64,000 nt of DNA from an uncultured Acidimicrobiales bacterium (lineage in GTDB: Bacteria; Actinomycetota; Acidimicrobiia; Acidimicrobiales; VFJN01): positions 12,422 to 76,421 of the forward strand of contig CAWDIO010000020.1 in NCBI GenBank assembly GCA_963802385.1. Direction: 5' to 3'. A program made the position numbers and the translations under genes. Below, one piece after another: positions 26,921-35,141 of the stretch (positions within the stretch are counted from its first letter, which is position 1; each line of letters starts with the position of its first letter). The notes beneath the pieces were generated by a model, which searched no databases, had not been told where the DNA came from, and saw only the letters and a program-made list of their open reading frames with translations.

Positions 26921-27351
26921 GGCAGGCTGTCGTCGAGCGGGTCGCCCGGCGCGTAGCCGCCCAGCCCGCGGGAGCCGCCCAGCCCGGTGGAGCCGTCGAG
27001 CCCGGTGGAGCCCTCAAGCCCAGTGGAGAGGTGCCCGTCGGACGACAGCGGCGGCATGCCCTGGCGCCACCACGCGTCCGTGCGGAACGCCTCGTCGAGC
27101 CCGGGATCGTCGGCGGTGAAGCCTCGCTGCGCCAGCTCCGCGAACCACTGGTCACGCTTGGAGTCCGGTAGCCCCGACCCGCACCACGGGCAGTGGCTGA
27201 TGGGCGCGGCGTCCAGCCCGCCCTCGCGGACCAGGCAATATTCGTCGAACACCGTGTCGTAGACGACGTGACGTCCCGGGGCGGCAGCGGCCGCCGGAAC
27301 ATCGCCTACTTCGAGGTGGCGGCGCATCTCGTCGCAGCAATGTTCACGCAT
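26917..27351 (-). CDS. Cys-containing hypothetical protein coupled to the Hsp70-like gene
   Basis: ATG 27351 (MREHCCDEMRRH...HCPWCGSGLP). C-terminal STGL(E/D)GSTGL repeats. Its stop overlaps the Hsp70 ATG (ATGA at 26917-26920). Confidence 0.5.
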   Translation of the reverse strand: MREHCCDEMRRHLEVGDVPAAAAAPGRHVVYDTVFDEYCLVREGGLDAAPISHCPWCGSGLPDSKRDQWFAELAQRGFTADDPGLDEAFRTDAWWRQGMPPLSSDGHLSTGLEGSTGLDGSTGLGGSRGLGGYAPGDPLDDSLP

Positions 27352-27463
27352 TCCGGTGTCGAGCGTGCCCCCCGACACGCCGGATCGCCCCGGGAGATTC
27401 CCCGGTTCCGAACCGGGAATTCGCCTGGTGTGACGCTCGGGTAACCCGGGCCATGCTGGCACG

Positions 27464-28447
27464 ATGGATCCCTCTGGTAACGGCGCCGCGGGGCAGGTCG
27501 AGTGGTTCGCCGACCGCTACGAAACCCTGGCCCGCAACGTCGAGACGTTCATCCGGGGCAAGCCCGAGGTCGTCCGGGCCGCCCTGGTGTGCATGTTCGC
27601 CGAGGGGCACCTCCTCATCGAGGACGTGCCCGGCGTCGGCAAGACCTCCCTGGCCAAGGCCGTGGCCAGCTCGATCGGCGCCTCCATGCGCCGCATCCAG
27701 TTCACCCCCGACCTGCTGCCCACCGACGTGACGGGAGTGCAGGTCTACGACGACCGCACCCGCCAGTTCGAGTTCCGGCCCGGCCCGGTGTTCTCCAACG
27801 TCGTGCTGGCCGACGAGATCAACCGGGCCTCGCCCAAGACCCAGTCGGCGCTCCTGGAGGTCATGGACGAGCGGCAGGTCACGATGGACGGCACCACCTA
27901 CCCCGTCGCCCATCCCTTCATGGTCATGGCCACGTCCAACCCGGTTGAGCACGAAGGCGTCTACCGGCTCCCCGAGGCCCAGCTGGACCGCTTCCTCATG
28001 CGCATCGAGGTGGGCTACCCGGCGGCGGCGGCCGAGCGGGAGATCATGGAGAACCGCATCCGCGGCTACGCCCCCGAGCAGCTCAGCTCCGTGCTGACGG
28101 TGGACGAGATGCGCCAGATGATGATGGTCGCCCACCAGGTCTACGTGGCGCCGGTGCTCCAGGAGTACATCGTGGCCGTGGTGTCGGCCACCCGGCGCAT
28201 GCCCGAGCTGCGGTTGGGCGTGAGCCCCCGCGGCAGCCTGGGCGTGGCCATCGCCGCACAGGCCGTCGCCGCGGCCAGCGGGCGCCCGTTCGTGACCGCC
28301 CAGGACGTCAAGCAGGTCACCCCCAACGTGCTGGCCCACCGCATGATCCTGCGGCCCGAGGCCCAGCTCCAGGGGCACACGCCGGAAGCGCTGCTGGACA
28401 CGATCCTGTCGGCCGTCCCCGTGCCCCAGGACCGGGCCCGGGTCTGA
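27464..28447 (+). CDS. MoxR-family AAA+ ATPase
   Basis: Walker A EDVPGVGKT, Walker B/sensor VVLADEINRASPKTQSALLEVMDERQVT, and PEAQLDRF. Confidence 0.9.
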   Translation: MDPSGNGAAGQVEWFADRYETLARNVETFIRGKPEVVRAALVCMFAEGHLLIEDVPGVGKTSLAKAVASSIGASMRRIQFTPDLLPTDVTGVQVYDDRTRQFEFRPGPVFSNVVLADEINRASPKTQSALLEVMDERQVTMDGTTYPVAHPFMVMATSNPVEHEGVYRLPEAQLDRFLMRIEVGYPAAAAEREIMENRIRGYAPEQLSSVLTVDEMRQMMMVAHQVYVAPVLQEYIVAVVSATRRMPELRLGVSPRGSLGVAIAAQAVAAASGRPFVTAQDVKQVTPNVLAHRMILRPEAQLQGHTPEALLDTILSAVPVPQDRARV

Positions 28448-28454
28448 GGACGCC

Positions 28455-29600
28455 GTGCTCACGGGGTCGGGGAAGGCCGCCGCCCTCGCGGGCCCGCTGC
28501 TGCTGGCGGTGGGGGCCGCGGTCCACTGGCCGGAGCTGATGGCGCTCGGCGTCGGCTGCCTGCTGGCCCTGGCCGCCTCCCTGTGGTGGCTGCTGCGCCG
28601 GCCCGAGCTGGTCGCCACCCGCGAGATCACCCCGCCCCGGGTCCGGGAGGGCGAGCGGGCGGTGGCCGTGCTGAGCCTGCTCAACGCCGGAGCGCACCGC
28701 AGCCCGCCCATGCTGGCCACCGAGCGGGTCGGCCGGCGGCGGGTCGGGGTGCGGCTGCCGAGCCTGCCCCGCGGCGGGTCGACCACCGTCACCTACGACC
28801 TGCCCACCGACCAGCGCGGGCTGCACCTGGTCGGCCCGCTCACCCTGGCCCGCTCCGACCCGCTGCGCCTGGTGCTGGTGGCCCGGGACCACGGGACCCG
28901 CTCGGTGCTGGCCGTCCATCCGCGGGTCCACGCGGTCGAGCCGGTCCCCACCGGCCGGGCCCGGGACATGGACGGGCCCACCTCGCTGGCCTCGCCCCAG
29001 GGCGGCATCGCCTTCCACTCCCTGCGCGAGTACGTGCCGGGCGACGACCTCCGCCTCATCCACTGGCGCTCGACGGCGCGGACCGGCCACCTGATGGTGC
29101 GGCACAACGTGGTGCCCAACGAGCCGCGCATGATGGTGGTGCTCGACACCAGCGCCTCGCCCTACACCCGCGAGTCGTTCGAGGACGCGGTGCGGGTGGC
29201 GGCCTCGCTGTGCGTGGCCGCGTTCGAGGCCGGATTTCCGCTGCGCTTCGCCACCACCGGCGGCGTCAGCGCCCTGTGCGAGCGGGGCACCGACGCGGGT
29301 GCCGCGGTCCTCGACCTGCTGGCCGGGGTGGAGGCGTCGCTCGACGATCCCGGCCTGCCGGCGCTGGTGAACATGGTCCCCGACGACGACGGCGTGTCCC
29401 TGGGAGTGGTCACGGGCCAGCCCGGGGGCGGCGAGCTGCGGGCGGTCACCGCGGTGCGGAACCGCTTCGACATGGTCAGCCTGGTCCAGGTGGGTGAGCT
29501 GTACGACCGCGCCCCCACCGCGGTGGCGGGCGCCTACGTGGTCAACTGCCGCACCAGCGAGGACTTCGCCCGCGTCTGGAACGGCGGCGTCCGCCGCTAG
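28455..29600 (+). CDS. DUF58 domain protein (vWA-like MoxR partner)
   Basis: GTG start 7 nt after the moxR stop. Two N-terminal TM spans. Signature LREYVPGDDLRLIHWRSTARTGHLMVR. Confidence 0.85.
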   Translation: MLTGSGKAAALAGPLLLAVGAAVHWPELMALGVGCLLALAASLWWLLRRPELVATREITPPRVREGERAVAVLSLLNAGAHRSPPMLATERVGRRRVGVRLPSLPRGGSTTVTYDLPTDQRGLHLVGPLTLARSDPLRLVLVARDHGTRSVLAVHPRVHAVEPVPTGRARDMDGPTSLASPQGGIAFHSLREYVPGDDLRLIHWRSTARTGHLMVRHNVVPNEPRMMVVLDTSASPYTRESFEDAVRVAASLCVAAFEAGFPLRFATTGGVSALCERGTDAGAAVLDLLAGVEASLDDPGLPALVNMVPDDDGVSLGVVTGQPGGGELRAVTAVRNRFDMVSLVQVGELYDRAPTAVAGAYVVNCRTSEDFARVWNGGVRR

Positions 29601-29618
29601 CGATCGAAGGGCACAGCC

Positions 29619-29715
29619 CGAGGCAATAGCGGCCGAACGGCAACTGTCGAGGCAATAGGGGTCGGCCCCCGACCACCGGTGCCTCCGGCCGGCGGCGCCG
29701 ACCCCTATTGCCTCA
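29619..29715 (+). repeat. 97-bp nested-palindrome intergenic repeat, copy C
   Basis: CGAGGCAATAGCGGCC..CGAGGCAATAGGGGTCGGCCCCCGACCACCGGTGCCTCC..GACCCCTATTGCCTCA. Lies between the convergent DUF58 and LAL genes. Confidence 0.9.
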
Positions 29716-29728
29716 CGACCCGGTCGGT

Positions 29729-32516
29729 TCAGGCGGCCGTCGAGTTCGACAGGATGATCGCGGCCAGCTGGGTCCGGTTGCGGACGCCCAGCTTGCGGTA
29801 GATGCCCTGGAGGTGGAAGTCCACCGTCTTGACGCTGACGAACAGCTGCTCGGCGGCCTGGCGGTTGGACAGCCCGTGGCCCACGGCCAGGGCCACCCGG
29901 AGCTCGGCTTCGGTGAGCCGGGAGGCCAGCGAGCGGGTGCGGGAGCCGGCCTCACCCCGGGCCGTGGAGGCGCGCTCGCTCCAGGAGCGGGCGCCCAGGC
30001 GATCGAAGTGCGACCGGGCGGTGGCCAGGTCGCGGGCACCCGCGGCCTCCTGGCCCTCGGCCAGGCGGTGCTCGCCCCGCATCAGCAGCGTGCGGGCCTC
30101 CTCGAACGCGGCGTTGATGGAGTGGAAGCCCTCGAGCGCGGCGGCGAAGCGCTCCTCGGCGGGCGGGCCCTGGCCCAGCAGCGCGCCGCACCGGTGGGCG
30201 GCCGCCGTCGGCCAGATGCGACCGGTGCGGTCCGCCTGGCCCTGGAGGACCTCGTACTGGTAGAGGGCGTCGGTCACCCGCCCGGCCCGCGCCAGTGCCT
30301 CGATGCAGTCCGCCTGCCACCACAGCCAGCCCGGCTCGACCACGATGTTGGCGTCGGCCACCAGGTCGAAGGCATCGGCCGCCTCGTCGAAGCGGCCGGC
30401 GCCCAGGTGCAGCAGGCCCTTCGCCGTGACCGCGCACACGCCGAGCTGGGCCAGACCCAGCCGCGCCGACGCGTCGATGGCCTGCTCGGCGTGGTCGAGG
30501 CACTCGTTGTCGTGGCCCATGCTGGCCTCGATCCGGGCCAGCACGGCGTAGGCCAGGGGTATGAGGTGGCCCTGCCCCACCGCCCGCTGCAGGGAGATGA
30601 GCTGGCTCATCTCGGCCAGCGCATCGGCCCACCAGCCGACCCGCCACAGGCCCTCGATCAGCGCCAGGCGCGAGAAGATCGACCGCCCCGCCAGCCCGGC
30701 GGCGTCGCTCTGGTGGATCATCTTGCGCAGCATGTCGATGGCCGACTGGGCGTTGTCGCAGATCAGCTGGGCGAGGGCGCAGAGCTGGATCACGCCCTCG
30801 GCGGCGTCGGTGTGCTTCCCCGGCTCGTAGAGCTCGATCGCCATCTGACCGATGGGCAGCACCCGCTCGCCGATGGCCTCGGCGCTGCCGAGGAACAGCT
30901 CGACCACCGCGGCTGGCCGCGGCCGCCCCCAGCTGGAGCTGGGGGTCGCCCGCCTCGGCCGCGTGCTTGGCCGCCTGCTGGGCGTTGCCCAACGCGCCGG
31001 GCAGGTCGAGGGCCAGGAAGCGCGACCCGGTGGCGCACAGATGCAGGACCGCCGCCAGCGTGGGGTCCAGGTCCCGCACGGCCCGGGCGTGGAGCTCGAA
31101 GCGGGGGGTGGCGACCGCCGGGCCCAGCACCCAGACCTCCGCCTGGCCCAGCACGGCGGCCATCTTGGCCTTCGCCACCGGGTCGTCGATCGTCTCGATG
31201 ACCGGGCTCAGCGTGGCCTGGGCCTTGTGGTGGTCGCCCGAGGTGTACTGGGCGTAGCCCGTCATGATCGTGCGCTCGGCGTAGGCCGCCGGGTCGGTGG
31301 TGAGCCGGGCCGACTGCTCGAGCGCCAGAGCCGCGGCCGGGAGCGCGCCGCGGCGCATCGCCTCCATGCCCAGGTCGAACATGCGGGCGGCCACCGCGTC
31401 GTCCGGTCCCACCACGCTCTCGGACAGGTGCCACAGGGCGCGGTCGTGGCGCCCGGCGTCGGTGGCCGCCTCGGCCAGCGCCCGGTGCAGGCCCCGCTGG
31501 CAGCCGACGTCCAGCAGGTGCAGCACCGCGGCCCGGACCAGCGGATGGCGCCAGTGGACCTTGCCGTCCACCAGCTCGATCACGCCCGCGGTCTCGGCCG
31601 GCGCCAGGTCGTCGAGCCTGCCGCCCACCCGCGCCAGCGTGGTGCCCACCATGGCCACGTCGTCGTCGGCCTCCAGCGCGGCGACGCCCAGCGCCGTCAG
31701 CGTGGCCGCCGGCAGCTGGGCCAGCTGGGCCCCGAACGAGTCGACCAGCCGCTCGCCGATGGGCAGGATCGCCGGCAGGGGCGAGGCGCCGGTGCGCTGG
31801 CCGGGGTGGAGCGCCCGCCCGGCCTCGATGAGGGCCAGGGGATTTCCCCGGGTGAGCTCCCAGCACTGGGTGGCGACCGCCTGGTCGACCCCCGCCTCGC
31901 CCAGCAGGCCGACCGCCGCCTCCTGGGGCAGGCCCCCGAGGACCAGCCGGTCGAAGTCGGTGCGGTCGAGCAGGCAGGGCAGGCCGGTCCGGTGGGCGAA
32001 CAGGAAGCCGACCCGGTCGGCCTCGCAGCGGTGGGCCACGAAGACCAGCGACTCCAGGCTCGACTGGTCGATCCACTGGGCGTCGTCCACCGCCACCAGG
32101 ACCGGCGCCTCCTCGGCCGCGGCCGACACCAGCGCCAGCGTGGCGCCGTGCACGGCCAGCAGCCGGCCCTCGGCCTCTACCAGGCCCAACGCTCCCCGGA
32201 GGGCCCGCGCCTGGCTGGGGTCGAGCTGGTCCAGCCGGTCCAGCAGCGGGCGGACCACGGCCGACAGGCCGCTGAACGCGAGCCCCTTCTCGAACTCGAC
32301 CCCGGTGGCCCGCAGCACGGTGAACCCGCGGCGGCGGGCGTCGCGGATCGTCCAGTCCACGAGGGCGGACTTGCCCAGGCCCGCCTCGCCGGAGAGGACG
32401 GTGACCTGCGAGCTGGCGGAGGCCACGGCGTCGAGCATGCGACCCAGCGAGGCGAGCTCCTCGTCCCGCCCGACCGGTTGTTCCACCGTGGTGATCGTCC
32501 GCTGCTCGATGACCAT
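29729..32516 (-). CDS. LAL-type (large ATP-binding LuxR family) transcriptional regulator, one frameshift near 30900
   Basis: N-terminal Walker A LSGEAGLGKSAL, Walker B VLVAVDDAQWID, a long TPR-like middle, and C-terminal LTEAELRVALAVGHGLSNRQAAEQLFVSVKTVDFHLQGIYRKLGV (LuxR HTH). Confidence 0.8.
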
Positions 32517-32606
32517 CGCTGAGCCCCCACCCTAGGTGATCGGCAGCGGTGACCTACCGCGCGTCCCCGGGTCGCTTCAGGGGTCGATCGTACGCCAACT
32601 GCGACA

Positions 32607-32619
32607 CTCTGTAACAGAG
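32607..32619. promoter_or_regulatory. palindrome CTCTGT-A-ACAGAG in the divergent LAL / transglutaminase intergenic region
   Basis: Perfect 6-bp arms. It is embedded in the least GC-rich part of the 255-bp intergenic region, with further ACAG/CTGT words nearby. Confidence 0.3.
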
Positions 32620-32771
32620 CGGATTACAGCACTTGTGCAAACCAGGCATTCACCCGGTGCACATCTTCTGTACCCCGTCGCACCATGGCGGCCGGCTGGT
32701 GTGAGCGTCGGACCATACCCCCTTCGGCCTCCACCGGCCCCCTCCTTCAGAACTCACCGGATCGGCGGAAG

Positions 32772-35141
32772 ATGCAGTCCACCCAGGAGCGCACAACCGA
32801 GATCGCGCTGTGCTGCGCACTCACCTGCGTCGCAGGTGCGGTGTACGCGGACTACTTCTCGGGCTGGCGCTTCCTGGTGCCGGTGATCGCCGGCGCGGTT
32901 CCCGCCGCGCTGGTCATCTCCGCCACTGCGGCCCGGGGCTGGCGGCCCGGCCGCAGTGCGGCTCTCGCCCTGGTGCTCATGCCCGTGGCGGGCGCGGCGC
33001 TCATCTACGCCGTGCCCGACGCGGGCGTGGCCGGCATCGGCGAGGCGCTGGCCACCTTCCGGGGCGGCGTCACCGAGGGCTGGTCGGCCATGCTCAACGC
33101 GGGCCTGCCGGCCGACCTGCGGGGCGAGCTGGTGGTGACGCCCTTCGTGCTGAGCTGGCTCGCCTGTGCGGCCTCCGCCCTCCTGGCCGTCCACACCGAG
33201 GGGCCCATCGTCCCCCTCGGCCCTCCCACCCTGGCGCTGGTGGCGGCGCTGGCGCTCACCGGGTCCCACGCCCGGCACCAGCTCGCCGTCGCCCTCGCCT
33301 TCCTGCTCGTTGCGCTCGTGCTGATGCTGGTGCGGGCCAACCGCGTGGTCTCCGCTGCCCTGACCGAGGCCCTCGGCAGCCCCGGCAGCTCCCCCGATGG
33401 CAGCGGGGACCGCGCCAGCTCGCCGAACGCGGCCCGGCTCCACACCCCGGCCGGCCGGGTCGCGTTCGGTGTACCTCTCGTCGTGGGGATCGCGGTTGCG
33501 AGCCCGCTGGCCGCCGGCGCCCTCCCGCCTGCGCGTGGCGACCGGCTGGACCCCCGCGATCTCCGCGGCGAGCGACTCCAGATCGACGATGCGCTGAGCC
33601 CCCTCGTCCTGCTGAAGTCCCAGCTCAAGGCGGAGCCACCCCAGCCGCTGTTCCGCATCACGATCGAGGTCGGCGGAGATGCGCCCGATCGGGTGCGGAC
33701 GGCGGCGCTGGACACCTACGACGGCGCCCTGTGGACCACGACGGGCGACTACCGGCGAGCGGGGAGCGAGCTGCCCGGCGACGCGGTGCTGGGGCACCTG
33801 CCGCCCGGCGCCAGGGTCCGCCAGAGCATCACGATCCTGGGGCTGGAGGGACCGTTCCTCCCCGCCGCCGGTCGTCCGTTCCGCCTCGACGGCGACCTCG
33901 ACGAGGCCGTCATGGGCTTCGACCCCACGGCCGGCACGCTGGTGTCGGCCCGCACCCACCTGAGGGGCCTGAGCTACGACGTGGAGAGCGCGGTCGTGGC
34001 CCCCAGCGACGACGAGCTGGCCGCCACCACCCCGGGCTCCGACCCGGCGCTCGACTCGCTGCGGGCCACGCCGCCGAACCTGCCCGCCAACCTGGCGACG
34101 CTGGCCCAGGCGTGGACGGCCGAGGCGCCGTCCCGGGTGGGTGAGCTGCTGGCGCTGCGCGACGGGCTGCGGTCGATCCGCTACGACGACTCGGTCGACG
34201 CCGAGCCCGGCCACAACTACGACGCCCTGGAGCGTGTGCTGCTGGGCGACGAGACCGAGCGCGAGGGCTACGCCGAGCAGTTCGCGGCGGCCTTCGCGGT
34301 GCTGGCCCGCACCCGCGGCTTCCCCGCCCGGGTGGCGACCGGCTACCTGCTGCCCGAGCCCGGCCCCGACGGCGTCATCACCGTCACCGAGGCCGATGCC
34401 CACGCCTGGCCCGAGGTCTACTTCGACGACCTGGGCTGGGTCCCGATCGAGGCCACCGGGAGCCGGAGCGAGTCCGCTCCCGAGCCCGACGACGTCCAGG
34501 CGCCCCCCGGGCGGCCCAGCAACGCACCGAGCGACGCCTCCCAGGCGAGCCCGCCGGTGCCGCCGGCCGTGGTCGAGGCGACCGTGGACGGCGACAGCGA
34601 AGGCAGCGGCGGGGGTGTGATGGCCCCCGCCGCGGCCGGAGGGATCGCGGCCTTCGTCGCCTCCGCCGGCCTCTTCGCCCTCCCCGCGGCCGCCAAGCGC
34701 TGGCGCCGCTCCCGGCGGCGCCGGGCGGCCTCCGCCTCGGCCCGGGTGGTCGGCGCCTGGCGCGAGACCCTCGACCGGCTCGTGGAGCTGGGCATGCCGG
34801 TCGCTCCCTCCCTCACCGCCTCCGAGGTCGCCGCCCGTGCCCGGGACCGGTTCCCGCAGGGCGCCGCGGCCGTGGGCCAGCTGGTCCCGCTGGTGGCGGT
34901 GGCGGTGTACGCCCCCTTCGAGCCCGAAGGTGCGGCGGCAGATCACGCCTGGCGACTCGCCAGCGACGCCCGGTCATCCCTACGGCGAGGGATCGGCCCT
35001 GGGCGCCGGCTGCGGGCCATGGTGGACCCCCGGCCGTTGCTCGGCCCTGGCCGCCAGGTTCGGCGTGCCGACCGTGTGCAGACCGCAACCCCCACCGCGG
35101 TAGCCACGGTCGGCGACGCCGGTCCCCATGAGGTCTTGTAG
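32772..35141 (+). CDS. transglutaminase-like membrane protein (TgpA/DUF3488-type), catalytic Cys position occupied by Ala
   Basis: Six or more N-terminal TM spans. Core GYAEQFAAAFAVLARTRGFPARVATGY...DAHAWPEVYFDDLGWVPIEAT. A C-terminal TM plus DUF4129-like tail. Uninterrupted ORF. Confidence 0.8.
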   Translation: MQSTQERTTEIALCCALTCVAGAVYADYFSGWRFLVPVIAGAVPAALVISATAARGWRPGRSAALALVLMPVAGAALIYAVPDAGVAGIGEALATFRGGVTEGWSAMLNAGLPADLRGELVVTPFVLSWLACAASALLAVHTEGPIVPLGPPTLALVAALALTGSHARHQLAVALAFLLVALVLMLVRANRVVSAALTEALGSPGSSPDGSGDRASSPNAARLHTPAGRVAFGVPLVVGIAVASPLAAGALPPARGDRLDPRDLRGERLQIDDALSPLVLLKSQLKAEPPQPLFRITIEVGGDAPDRVRTAALDTYDGALWTTTGDYRRAGSELPGDAVLGHLPPGARVRQSITILGLEGPFLPAAGRPFRLDGDLDEAVMGFDPTAGTLVSARTHLRGLSYDVESAVVAPSDDELAATTPGSDPALDSLRATPPNLPANLATLAQAWTAEAPSRVGELLALRDGLRSIRYDDSVDAEPGHNYDALERVLLGDETEREGYAEQFAAAFAVLARTRGFPARVATGYLLPEPGPDGVITVTEADAHAWPEVYFDDLGWVPIEATGSRSESAPEPDDVQAPPGRPSNAPSDASQASPPVPPAVVEATVDGDSEGSGGGVMAPAAAGGIAAFVASAGLFALPAAAKRWRRSRRRRAASASARVVGAWRETLDRLVELGMPVAPSLTASEVAARARDRFPQGAAAVGQLVPLVAVAVYAPFEPEGAAADHAWRLASDARSSLRRGIGPGRRLRAMVDPRPLLGPGRQVRRADRVQTATPTAVATVGDAGPHEVL

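Noticed and set aside
20502-32516. The two STAND/AAA ATPases as antiviral Avs-type defence proteins
   Set aside because: Both end in DNA-binding output domains (SARP, LuxR HTH) rather than nuclease, protease or TIR effectors. MalT/LAL-like transcription regulators are the simpler explanation.
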